Origin: Eledone cirrhosa
Taxonomy: Eukaryota
Length of the DNA: 64,000 nt
Assembly (NCBI GenBank): GCA_964016885.1
Contig: OZ024740.1
Location: 196,416,001-196,480,000 of the forward strand
Direction of reading: 5' to 3'
How positions within the stretch are numbered: the first letter of the stretch is position 1; each line of letters starts with the position of its first letter. Shown piece by piece: positions 1 through 12,424 of the stretch. The notes beneath the pieces are model-generated. The model worked only from the letters and a program-made list of their open reading frames with translations. It was not told the origin of the DNA and did not search any database. The position numbers and the translations under genes are program-made.

Positions 1-903
1 GAACAGCAATGCTGCATGGCAGTGAGACCTGGGCATTGTGTGCAGAGGATATACGCAGACTAGAGAGGAACGAAGCTTGCATGCTCCGCTGGATGTGCAA
101 TAGTAATATACGTGAACGGCAAAGCATAAACGAACTAAGGAAAAAATTAGAAATAAGAGGGATCAGATGTTGTCTACTCGAGAGAAGGCTACGTTGGTAC
201 GGTCACGTGATGCGCATGAAAGACGACAGCTGTATAACAAAGTGCAGGGCAATAAAGATAGACGGTAGCCACGGAGTAAGCAGACCCAGAAAAACATGGG
301 ACGAGCTGATAAATTCCGACCTCACACGCTTACACCTCTCCAAGACAATGTCACTGGACCGAGACCTTTGGCGGTACTCAGTAATAGAGAAGACCCGCCT
401 TACCTAAATACAAAGTAAAAACCTACTACAGTCAGTAGGCATCTCTATCAAAACACCCCCCGTCCCACCACCTCCACCCCATCCACACCGCCCCTTCAAT
501 GTAAAGTTATGTTGGTCCCACAACATCCAGGCCGAAACAAATGAGATCGTGTAGGTGTCACAACAAAAAAACACACAGTCCACGCTGTAAATGTGGCCGT
601 GTAGGCAACACGGTAAAAACCTCCCAGCCCCACACTGTAAATGTGGTTAGTGTTAGGAAGGGCATGCAGCTGTAGAAAACCCGCTAGACAGTCCACGCTG
701 TAATGTGGCCGTGTAGGCAACACGGTAAAAACCTCCCAGCCCCACACTGTAAATGTGGTTGGTGTTAGGAAGGGCATCCAACTGTAAAAAACCCGCCAGA
801 CAGTCCTATGCGAGCAAGACAACCACTCTTGCCTCAAGTGGGAAAACCCCCGTCCAAACCCATGCAAGCGTGGAACACGGACGCTAAACCTGATGATGAT
901 GAT
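1..903 (+). mobile_element. RTE-type LINE (PHD family), 3' part with 3' UTR and (GAT)n tail
   Basis: LHGSETWA..RRLRWYGHVMRM..RPRKTW RTE C-terminal motifs; near-identical to the copy at 5630-7160. Confidence 0.9.
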
Positions 904-940
904 TGATTATATATATATATATTGATTATATATATATATT

Positions 941-1365
941 GAGGTAGACCACGAAAAACATGGGCGGACGTGGTGAGAACAGACCTCAGATCATTGAAGC
1001 TCACGGTGGAGATGACGAGGGACCGTGACGAGTGGAGAGATGCTGTGCTGAATAAGACCCGTCCCACCCTTGCAAGCAGGGAAAAGCGGACGTATGATGA
1101 TGATGATGATATAGGCTGAGATGGTATGGACATGTGATGCGCATGGAGAATGACCGATGGGTGAAGAAGTGCCAGGCAGTCCCAGTGGAGGGAAGACGCA
1201 GTAGAGGTAGACCACGAAAAACATGGGTGAAGATGGTGAGAGCTGACCTCAGATCGCTGAAACTCACGGAGCAGATGACGAAGGACCGTGACGGGTGGAG
1301 AGATGTTGTGCTGAATAGGACCCGTCCAACCCTTGCAAGCAGGGAAAAGCGGATGATGATGATAT
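941..1365 (+). mobile_element. Two tandem 5'-truncated 3' ends of a related RTE family
   Basis: Repeated GRPRKTW..DLRSLKLT..DRD.WR segment, each ending cttgcaagcagggaaaagcgga(tga)n; homologue at 12880-13435 on the minus strand. Confidence 0.85.
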
Positions 1366-1558
1366 AGTAATAATAATCATGAAGACTATATATATATATA
1401 TCATTTATGTTAGGCTGTTTACCAACCCATGCTAACGTGGAAGATGGACGTTAAACGATGATGATGATATATATATGGTTTTCTGCTTGATAGTAGCATT
1501 CATGGTAATAACTAGTAACACAATAGTCAGCAAGAACAAAATAGAATTAGTGACTTAC

Positions 1559-1630
1559 TAGCCAAACAAACCAATTGATGGACAGAGAAAAGGTTTTAAG
1601 ACATTTCAGAGATTTTTTTTCTGGAGAAAT
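1559..1630 (-). CDS. RMC1: RMC1 exon 6 (gene continues beyond left edge)
   Basis: long poly-T tract + ttgcag|...|gtaagt; ISPEKKSLKCLKTFSLSINWFVWL (cf. VLPEKRSLKLLKSHNLNVNWY); 72 nt. Confidence 0.93.
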
Positions 1631-1731
1631 CTGCAAGAAAAAAAAAAAAAAAAAAAAAAAAATTATATATATAGCAAAGGTAAAAATACATGTGTAAGGA
1701 ATTAAAAATGATTTAAAAGCTAATTTTTCCA

Positions 1732-2243
1732 TCTATCTAAACTATAATAAAGTATGGAGTGCAGGACTGCGTCCAGAATATATTTTTTTATCCCGTTTGT
1801 AAAATAAGTTGGATTACTTTGAATAAATAATGAATGAATGTTACATAATTTATCTACTAAATTTCGTTATTCTTGATTAAATATAAATAATTTTGTGGCT
1901 TATTCTAAGATTCACTTCTTTAAAATTTTCAAATGTCAACACTTCCAGTTAGTGATCGCGTAAATAAAAATTCATATATTTCTGTCACTAATTTTCTCCT
2001 AATGCAGTTTATATATAATATCGTCTTTTTTTAATGTATCATGGATTACGTTACTGATTACATAAGACAATGTAACGCAGTCTTTGTTCAATTTCTGTTT
2101 ATATTGTCAATTACGATTTTATTTGATGTATCATATCTACATGCATATATACTTGTGTATAATATCAATATGCACACTACATTATATATATATAATTAAA
2201 TATACTAGCAGAAAAACCTCTCTTCGGATGTTTTTTCTGCTAG
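1732..2243 (+). mobile_element. Non-autonomous Helitron
   Basis: A|TC...CTAG|T termini, terminal hairpin, no TSD; both ends recur at 45477 and 46737. Confidence 0.7.
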
Positions 2244-2435
2244 TATATTTAATTATATATATATATTTATATATATATATACACACAAATATACATAGGT
2301 ACACATATATATATACTAATTTAAGGTATCATAACATATATATGTATGATGCTTGTGTTTCTCATCAGAAAAGTTCAATGGGCATTTTCCCAGAGCATCA
2401 ATGGGGACAGGCTGAAGCATACATCTAGTGAAGCC

Positions 2436-2632
2436 TCCAGTCCACATTGTAAAGTGGTTGTGATGGTGACATGACAAAAAGCACCCAGCCCACACAGTAA
2501 AGTGGTCATGATGGCAACACAACAAAAAGCACCTAGTCCACACTGTAAAGTGGTTGTGTAGGTGTCACAACAAAAAGTACCCAGCCCTCACTGTTAAGTG
2601 GTCATCGTGTAGGTGTCACGACAAAAAGCACC
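2436..2632 (+). repeat. ~45-bp tandem module (acaaaaagcacccagtccacactgtaaagtgg...) from an RTE 3' UTR
   Basis: 4-5 degenerate units; the same module occurs at 560-790, 11430-11650, 20860-20965 and 24680-24840. Confidence 0.7.
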
Positions 2633-3191
2633 ATGGATTGTAGTGCAATTATGATTACCTATAAAATATAAAATTGAAAAATTTAATAAACTCTGATCAA
2701 CATTTTTGTAGTTTTGTAATGGTGTTGCCATAAATTTTAGATGACTATTTATATCACACTTTACTTTGACAACAGTCACTGACTGTTTAAAGGGGGCAAA
2801 CATCAACACCCCTATTAGGCTTTTGTTGCATTAACCTTAATAATAGTAGACAAGTTAAGAACATAAAACCTTTTAAATTAGTGAAGGAGCCTTTATATGG
2901 TCACTTGACCTGCTAGAAATATCAGCTAAATTTGCCTTAAATCCTATCCAACCATCTTTAAAAAAATAATTCATTGGATAATATAGGTTCTAATATAGAA
3001 AATGATGAGTTGGTTACAGCTGGAAGGACTTTTATCATAGGGCTGTTCAATCAGGGCTGATCTGGGGCTAAACAGCAACAACAAACTTTTACTGGTAGAC
3101 CAACATTCTCTCAAGGGGGCCAGCTGCAACACTCATCTCAGAGTCATTGGAAAATATATTAGAAAAAATATTGAAACTTTAATCAACATAC

Positions 3192-3278
3192 TTGATAAAA
3201 TTCCACTGCCTGATCTGTGATGAAGACAATTTCAGTGTTGTTACTCCAACAGAATCCTCGGATTTGTGTGGATTTACT
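3192..3278 (-). CDS. RMC1: RMC1 exon 5
   Basis: ttgtag|...|gtatgt; SKSTQIRGFCWSNNTEIVFITDQAVEFYQ (cf. GFCWTSSTEIVFITDQGIEFYQ); 87 nt. Confidence 0.95.
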
Positions 3279-3549
3279 CTACAAGTATAAAATAGTTTAG
3301 CATACTAAGTCAGAGCATGAGAAAACAACCAAACAACAATAAAATAACAATACAAGAAAATGATTTCACTCTCCAAGAGATACTAAACAAAAACATACAA
3401 ACTTTATTCCAAGTTTAAATAAAACAGACCCAGTAACTGAATAATGAAATTACTATGTTCAATAACTTTTAATATGATGTTGGATCACCAGAAAAGACTT
3501 TGATTTCAGCCATTCAGTTCTTTTTGATCCACTGATAGATGCATGTTTA

Positions 3550-3942
3550 GAGGTGCATGCATGGCTGTGAGGTGCAGGTATAACTGTAAGGCATGGCTGA
3601 GAGGTATAGGTATAGCTGTAAGGCACAGGCATGGCTGAATGGCACAGGCATAGCTGTGGGGCACAGGCATAGGTGTGGGGCACAGACATAGGTGTGGGGC
3701 ACAGACATAGGTGTGGGGCACAGACATAACTGTGGGGCACAGACATAACTCAGAGGCACAGGTGTAGCTGAGAGGCACAGGCATAGCTGAGAGGCACAGG
3801 CATAGCTGAGAGGCACAGGTGTAGCTGAGAGGCACAGGTGTAGCTGAGAGGCACAGGTGTAGCTGAGAGGCACAGGCATAACTGAGAAGCACAGGCATAG
3901 CTGAGAGGCACAGGCATAGCTGAGAGGTGCAAGCATGGCTGT
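3550..3942 (+). repeat. 19-bp minisatellite (ggcacaggcatagctgaga, ~20 copies) abutting a SINE
   Basis: Visible periodicity; explains the repetitive minus-strand ORFs at 3459-3967. Confidence 0.9.
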
Positions 3943-4083
3943 GTAAAGAAGTTTGCTTCAGAACCACATGGTTTTCAATTCAGTCCTGTTGCAAGTGTCT
4001 TCTACCATAACCTTGAGGTGACCAATGCCTTATGAGTAAATTTGGGACATGTAAACTACAAGGATACTTTTTGTGTATGTGTG

Positions 4084-4208
4084 TATGGGGTGTATTGCCT
4101 CTGAGAGGCATAAACAAATATCACTACTGGTTTTTGCAAACATTGACAATGTTTAAAAAAACCAGTAGTGATATTTGTTTATGCCTCTCAGAGGCAATAC
4201 ACCCCATA
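4084..4208. repeat. 125-bp foldback palindrome (TA-flanked MITE-like hairpin)
   Basis: 52-bp perfect inverted arms, 2x2 mismatch, 8-bp inner stem, 1-nt centre. Confidence 0.9.
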
Positions 4209-4569
4209 GCGGTTTAATGACCATCAGTGGTATATATATATACATATATATATATATATAGCATACTTAAAATAAAGTATGAGTTGGCATCAGGAGAGGC
4301 ATCTGGCCATAGAAAACCTGACTTAAAAACGACAATGATGTTGATGAATTGCATCGTAATGCAATTTATGTTCCAAATATCTCAGGATTTCCACATAAAC
4401 TTGTTCAGTTTGATTTGCTTTGGTTCATTTTGTAGACTTTCAGGTCTTTCATTTGACACTAATATTGAGGTGCAAGTGAACCTGTTGCTACTTACTAAAA
4501 CAACAACAACTGAAGCTGTTGATAACCATTCTTTAATATAATTTCTAAAATAGGTCCAGAGTCACAAAT

Positions 4570-4960
4570 TTGAATCTTGGGTAATGATCGACAGAAAACG
4601 ATCACAAATACAAGTGGCCAAAATGGATTTCCTCTGAAGGGTCTTTGGAGTAACGTTACTCAATAGAGTCGCTACTTCTCCAAATTGAAAGATCACAGCT
4701 CTGATACTATGGAAATGTGGTTAGAATGTCTCAGGAAAGAATTGCTGGACAGATTTTACGGGCAAAACCAACTGGTAAGAGACCCAGGGGTAGACCCCGT
4801 GCAAGATGGTTGGATAATATCTATGAGCTTGGCTGATCTCGCTTGGGGATCCAGCCAGATCAGTTGTAGATGGTTGCTTCTGACAGAACCCTCTGGAAGG
4901 AGTGTTTGAGGACTCAGCCCCCATGACCCTCTTAGGAATAAGTGGGCAAAGAAGAAGGGA
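4570..4960 (+). mobile_element. RTE (Expander/Rex3-like) 3' fragment
   Basis: Similar to copies at 13545-13910, 39255-39460 and 45980-46620 (RSQLR.Y..VVRMSQERI..AKPTG.RP.GR); (GAA)n-like tail. Confidence 0.7.
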
Positions 4961-5629
4961 TTAGGCGATTAATTTGACCACAGTACTTGATTAGTACTTC
5001 ATTTCATCAAACCCAGAAAAATGAAGTTGATCTTAATGTGATTTGAACTCAGAATGTAAAGAATCAGAACAAATAATGCAAAGTATCTTGTTGTCTTTAA
5101 AGATTCTGTCAATACACCACAGTCCCTTAAATATGGCATTTTATTAGTGTAGACATTATTTTTCTGACTCCACTAGCTGGGGAAGATTTTGAGTTGAAGC
5201 CATTTCAAAACAAACACACCAACCATAAACCTATTTTTTTTTAAATAAAAAAAATGTCTCATGGTTCTTTCCTTGATATAGAACAATATAGATTTAAAAA
5301 AAAAGTCCCTTTGGATACAAAACTGTTTGAAACTACTCCTGGTTCTATAATTCAAAACTGTTTTTAAGAGTTTATAGTTATTTAAAAACCTTCCATCAAT
5401 ATTTTATGTAAGAAACTTTGTTATGCTTCACACACCAGATATATAATGAGAAAGTTATTTTACTAAATCCCTCCAATTACTTGGTTGGTTTCAAAATTAT
5501 TTGAAAGTCCTAAGTATTGTTTTTCATTAGAAATATAATAACGAAAAGGTTAATGCACTGTTAGTTAGTCTACTACAATATATCCCAAAGTGGATTCCAT
5601 GAAAAAATTCTAAAGTTCTCATGATAAGG

Positions 5630-5630
5630 T

Positions 5631-5664
<34 letters not shown>

Positions 5665-7160
5665 CCGTTTAACGTCCGTGTTCCACGCTTGCATGGGTTT
5701 GGACGGGGGTTGTCCCACTTGAGGCAAGAGTGATTGTCTTGCTCGCATAGGACTGTCTGGCAGGTTTTCTACAGTTGGATGCCCTTCCTAACACCAACCA
5801 CATTTACAGTGTGGGGCTGGGAGGTTTTTACCGTGTTGCCTACACGGCCACATTACAGCGTGGACTGTGTTTTTTTGTCGTGACACCTACACGATCTCAT
5901 TTGTTTCGGCCTGGATGGTGTGGCACCAACACAACTTTACATAGAACGGGGTGGCGTGGATGGGTTGGGGTGGGGACGGGGACGGGGGGGTATTTTGTTA
6001 GATGCCTACTGGCTGTAGTAGGTTTTACTATGTATTTAGGTAAGGCGGGTCTTCTCTGTTACTGAGTACCGCCAAAGGTCTCGGTCCAGTGACATTGTCT
6101 TGGAGAGGTGTAAGTGTGTGAGGTCGGAGTTTATCAGCTCGTCCCAGGTTTTTCTAGGTCTGCCTATTCCGTGGCTACCGTCTATCTTTATTGCCCTGCA
6201 CTTTGTTATACAGCTATCGACTTTCATGCGCATCACGTGTCCATACCAACGTAGCCTTCTCTCGAGTAAACAACATCTGATCCCTCTTATTTCTAATTTT
6301 TTCCTTAGTTCGTTTATGCTTTGCCGTTCACGTATATTACTGTTACACATCCAGCGGAGCATGCAAGCTTCGTTCCTCTCTAGTCTGCGTATATCCTCTG
6401 CACACAATGCCCAGGTCTCACTGCCATGCAACATTGCTGTTCGTATGCAGGCATCGTACAACCTGCCTTTCATTTTTAGGGAGAACCCTTTAGCAGCTAA
6501 TAGTGTTATAAGCTCTCTGAACTTTTTCCAACCAGTTCTGACTCTAGCTACTGTACTTTCAGAGCACCCTCCCCCACTGCTGATTTTATCACCCAGGTAA
6601 CGGAAACTGTCCACTATTTCTATAGAACCCTCTGCGCAATTGAAAGAGCTAGTATTTTGTGGGCACTTGCTGCTACTTATTGCACCAGAGCACCGGCCAC
6701 ATGTAAAATCTATGTTCTTAGTTAGCTTACCTGTGATCCCACTACATCTTTTATGCACCCATACTTTGCATTTGGACATAAAATGGAGTTTCTACCTACG
6801 CCTTTCCTACACACCGAGCACGACCATTTCCCAGAAGGGACCGCCGCCTTATTTTCTTTCCTACAAACTAGAACTTTAGTCTTAGCCAGGTTAATTTTAA
6901 GGCCTTTTGATTCTAGGCCGTGCTTCCATGTTTGGAATTTCTTCTCTAGCTCGGCCATTGATTCCGCTATGAGTGTCAGGTCGTCTGCGTATAGGAGTTC
7001 CCATGGGCAGCCGGTCTTGAACTCCTCTGTTATAGCCTGAAGGGCAATAATAAATAGTAGGGGGCTGAGAACAGAGCCCTGATGGACGCCAACTTTTACG
7101 CTAAACTCTTCACTATATTCGTTGTTAATTCTAACCTTGCTGACTGTTTCTTTATACATG
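5630..7160 (-). mobile_element. RTE-type LINE (PHD family), 5'-truncated, one frameshift
   Basis: GVHQGSVLSPLLF, YADD, PHD Cys/His cluster, FRYLG, RRLRWYGH; (GAT)n tail; ggtatc-like direct repeat on both flanks. Confidence 0.93.
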
Positions 7161-7789
7161 GTATCTTTATAAAATTTAATAAATATGTTTTTTCTGTATA
7201 AATTCTCTTTCTAAAACAATTTTAGTTTCATTTAATATCTCATAAAAATTAGAGTGGTGGGGGTTTTATCCATAAAATATAGGTATGAGCCTCATGAGTT
7301 TCTTAAAAATTAGAGTAGGGTTTTTTTTCCATAAAAAATAGGTATGGGTCACATGATTTTCTTAAAAATCGTATAAGGGTTTTGTGTCAAAATAAGTTTA
7401 AGAATCACTGATCTAGCAGAAAACCCAGATAATCTTTGCATTCAGGGTTATTTGCTTCCTAAAACAATTAAACAGAGAAAGATAGAAGTGGAGGATGACA
7501 GAGAAACAATCCAGTTAGAAACTAATAAAGCAACAGATAAAAAAAATAGGGAAAAAAAGGGGAAAAAAATAGAAAAAAAATGTGATTGAGAATTTTAAGT
7601 AATAAGTTTCATCTCATTGTGAAAGAAGAACTTCAAAAACTGAAAGAAGTTTGGATAATTGAAAGGAATTGAGTTCCAGGAATAACTGGATAAAAATTTT
7701 CAACAAGGCAATAAACAGAGAAAAACAAGGTGGAGATAGTGAGGAAGAAGAAGAAGACATTGGGCAAAATTACATTTTTTATAATAATA

Positions 7790-8545
7790 ATTTCTACTTT
7801 TGGCACAAAGTCAGCAATTTGAAGGGCAGATGAAAGTTGATTAAATCAACTCCAGTGCATCACTGGTACTTTATTTTATCGACCCCATAAGGATGAAAGG
7901 CAAAACTAACTTCAGTGGGATTGGAACTCAGAATGTCAATGGCATTTTGTCCAACACTCTAGCAATTTTGCCAATCCACTCTTCTATATAATAATTTCTC
8001 ATTTAGGCACAAGGCCAACAGTTTTTGAGGAGGGGTAAGTCGATTAAATTGACCCCAGTGTGTTACTGGTACTTTATTTTATTGACCCTGTAAGGAGGAC
8101 GGCAAAGCTAACCTTGGCAGGATTTGAACTCAGAATGTAAAGGGTTGTAACTATATGCTACAAAGCATGTTTTCTGACACTCTCCCAATACTGCCAATCT
8201 ACTAATCTATTATAAAAATAATAATTGTTTCTACTTTTGGCACAAGGCCAGCAATTATCCAGTGTATTACTGGTACTTTATTTTATTGACCCCATAAGAA
8301 GGAAAGACAAAGTTAACCTCGGCGGGATTTGAACTCAGAATGGCAAGGGCCGTAACTCTAAGCGTCAAAGCATGGTGTCCGACCTTCTACCGATACTGCC
8401 ATAATAATTTATAATTTTGGCCAGTAGTTTTGGGGGGGGGGGGGGGGGGGGGCGGAGTCGATTATATCAACCGCAGTACTCAACAGGTACTTTATTTTAT
8501 CACTATCACCAAAGTTAACCTCAGCACCATGTGAAACTCAGAATA
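7790..8545 (-). mobile_element. Cluster of ~4 head-to-tail tRNA-derived SINEs
   Basis: Each has a GAGTTCAAATCC-type B-box, the core gcctttcatcct..ggggtcgataaaataaagtaccag and an (ATT)n tail; many more copies across the window. Confidence 0.85.
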
Positions 8546-9289
8546 TTAAACTGAGTTTAATATGATTTCTAACACTGGCACATGCCACTTAATAACAGGG
8601 ATTTCTTTCTTTGGCATAAGGCTTCACATTTTGGTGGTGGTGGTGGAGTAGTTTATTAAAGGGATGAAATACTAAAAATCAATCATATTGAGATTTGATA
8701 TGAGAACATCGCAAAATAAGACTATATATTGAGTTCAAATCTTGCTTGTTATCCTTTCCGGTATATGAAAATAAATATTGGTAATATATTGGTGTTGGTT
8801 CCATCATATATTCTATCCTTCCCTTGTAAAACTGGCCTTATGCCAACTTCAAAAGAAATTGTGATTGTCATCATCACCAACATCTTATAAAAAAATAATT
8901 GTCTTATATGGATAAGGAAAAATAGGAAAGCATGTAAGGGCAATTTAGATGTGGCTAAGATGGGGTTGAGAGGCTTTAGTCAGGGTATATCAACTAAAAC
9001 TTACAGTAGCCCAGGGTAGGCAACACCGACACAACTGTAAAGGAAGCGGTAGAATGAAGACAGGATTATTATTACTAGCTGACGTACCCAGCTTCGCCCG
9101 GATAAATAAATGATAAGAGAAGACAGGTAAAAGAGAAAATGACTGTATTGGATGTTTGTCTGATTACAGCATGAGGCGAGTCTGTGGTGTCTGTGTGATA
9201 CAAAAAACAGTAAAAGAAATCTTTCAGATATACCAGATTCTTCGTTGTACCGTTTGTGCATAGTATATAAACAATTCTGGGTGCTCCCA

Positions 9290-9620
9290 CCTAGAATAGT
9301 GACCTCTACTAATTAGGTTATTTAGGTGGCAAAAGCTACCAGCTAATCCTAGTGAGCTTTCTGAGTACTTGAAGGACTTTATTTTGCATGAATTCTTACT
9401 ACTAATTACTCCTGTGTATCTGCCACATACAAAGTCTAGCTTCTCTGCCAGTGATCACACTATAGCTCTTGTGCATCCATGGTTTGCACTGAGTACACTG
9501 TATGGAATTTCTACCTACACCTTTACATATCAATCACAACCAATTCTCTGATGATAGCAAAGTTCTGTTCTTTGTTTACTAAGTCTACTTTGAAGTTTCT
9601 CTATTCTAGATTTTGTTTCT
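9290..9620 (-). mobile_element. Old degraded RTE-PHD fragment
   Basis: Minus-strand KGVGRNSIQCTQCKPWMHK resembles the PHD segment of the younger copies. Confidence 0.55.
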
Positions 9621-9822
9621 CAGTTTAGAATTTTTTTATACAGGCATAAATATAATGCATATACATCATAAGAGGCAATCAAAAAGGTTGGTACCAGAAA
9701 AGGCATCTGGCTGTAAGACTGCCTAAAAAAGGACCCTATGTTCAATATGAAAACTGCCACGACGCCTAAAAGCTAACCCCTGCTTTAGCAAGGAATATGG
9801 CCTTAAAACGCTTGTTGTTGTA

Positions 9823-9874
<52 letters not shown>

Positions 9875-12424
9875 AAGGGTTGCACTGATTAATCTGCACT
9901 CAGTATCAGCCTTTTTGCTGATTAATTGGTTTTGAAAATTAGTCATTATTATTTTAGTGCAAGAAAACCATAGGGAACAAAAAGTTCAGAAAACACACTG
10001 GGCTCTACATTAGAAATACATAAGAAGCATTATTTCTTAGGACACAATCTAAGTTCATCAGTATAATATATATAACTCTGTTCCTAGTGCTTGAACATGC
10101 TGATCTATAAAATTAGCAATTACTTGTGACTGCCACAAGGTGAAACTCCCTGTGAAAATTTAGTAAAAAATATCTAAAAACAGATTTGTTAATTCAAATC
10201 TTTATAGTATATTTACTAGATCAGCCCTTTAGCATTTAAATCGGCTATATCCGACCAGAATTCTCTCACCTCTTTCCGTTTAAACCGGTCATAACCGCCA
10301 CTTGTACTGAAGTTAAGGCATTGTTCTCAAAATAAATGATATCAAAATCTCGTAGATTTGATATTATGTGAGATAAAGCCTTTTCTGTGAAAATACAATA
10401 GTAAATATAGAGAAATGTAAATGCTAAAAGGGGTTAAAGTAATCACAATTATAGAACTATTATTTCAGAGCAAATGATGACAAAATTAAGCTGATTTTTA
10501 TTGTAGTAGGTAACATATACATGCCTGCAAGAAATTGGCTACACTCTGGAAATGGAGAAATTTTTAATGTGATACAGTCATAATGCTACTTACACTTTTT
10601 GAGTATGTCTTGCTAATGTGGTTTCACGTGGTAGAGGACATTACATAGAAGAGACCCTCATTACCCACCTGAGAAAATGTGTTTAACTGATTTTTTATAA
10701 AAAAGAAATAATAAAAAAATTAGAAATATTCTGATCACACGTTTATTTAAAGGTATCTAAAACTTTTCCAGTAATAATGATTTCTACTATAGGTACATGG
10801 CCAACAATTTTGAGGAAGGGAAAGTCGATTAAATCGATTTCAGTGTATTACTGGTGCTTTATTTTATTGGCCCCAGAAGGATGGAAGGCAAAGCTAACCT
10901 TGGCAGGATTAGAACCCTATGTCGTAACTCATTTTCCAGTAATAATGGTTTCTGTTATGTTAACTCAAACAAGAAATAAAATTTAATGATTAAATTTAAT
11001 TACGCGTAAATTGTAATGTAAAAACATCAAAATTTATCCATTTTCAGATTATAGCCAATGTCTATCAGGCATGTATATATTACTACAGTAAAATCAGTCT
11101 AATTTTGTCATCATTGTCTCTCAAATAGTAGTTCCATAATTGGGATTAATTATGAAATATTACTTACAATAATGATATACATTTTCATATCACAATATAT
11201 AATTCCATTACAGATAATTAGCAGCTGACATATCACATCTTAGATCTCCCTAACTCATCTCTCCCATCCCCAGCCTGCATACTCGTTTCATTCTTTCCTT
11301 CTTCCAAACCTCGCCTTACCCCTCTCTTCAAACTTTGTTATCCATACCCCCTGATATACTTCTCCTGTCCAATCCATGCACACAAGCATGGAAAACTGGA
11401 CACACTCCACACTTGCTTTCCCATAGATATGTTGCCATGACAAAAAGGACACAGGCCACTTCATTAAGTGGTAGTGCTGGGGACACAACAAAAAGTACCC
11501 AGTTCACTCTATAAGGTGACATGCAAAAAGCATCCAGTTCACCTTATAGGTGGTCATGCTAATACCATGATGAAAGAGAACCTAGTCCACCCTGATAGAT
11601 AGCCATTTTGGTGTCACAATAAAAAGCATCCAGTCCACACTGTAATGTGATTGGCATTGGGTACGGCATCCAGCTGTAGAAACCAAGCCAGAACCAGTTC
11701 CATATGAGCAAGACATGGTCACCTAACCTGACTCGTCTCATAACATGACAACCAGTTTAACCCATGCAAGCATGGAAAATAGACGTTAAACGATGATGGT
11801 GATTATATATATATATATATGCACACACACACACATACATATATATGCACACATATATTCTTCACTCATTTTTTTCCTAGACTAATTAAATAATAAAAGT
11901 AAAAATAATTGTGAGTAAAGATTTTGTTAGGAATGTTAAATTTAGAATAAAACAAATTAAAAAAAAAAAAATTATAATCATTCCCCAGGTGATGTTTGTG
12001 GTTAGTGTGCAGATTCTGATAGGTTTAACAAGATTTATAGAGGAAAGAAAAAGCTGGGAAAATATTGGTTACGGAACATTTGTGTTCTCATATACACTCA
12101 TTCTAAATGCATATAATATGCTTCATTGAATAATAACTTTTTATTGTTCTGTTCTTTTACACAGAATGACAAACATGTAGTACTAAAAATGGCAAAAACT
12201 ATGAACATTTTATTAGATACCATCAAAAAGAGAAAACTAAAAGTGTTTAACAGAGATTGTTAATAGAAAGCAAAATGAATGGGGGGAAAAGGAAGTCAAG
12301 AATTACATGGAGGGATTATGTCAAGAATTAGAAAAGCATAAAATACAGTGGATGTAAGGACAGCACAAAGCACCTGATATCGTGATCCATAGTATTCGAT
12401 CTGTTGAGAACAGATGATACCTTA

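Noticed and set aside
2436-2632. Repeat-spacer array
   Set aside because: Variable parts are degenerate versions of one another and match the RTE 3' UTR
3459-3967. Cys/Pro-rich ORFs
   Set aside because: Translation artefacts of the 19-bp minisatellite
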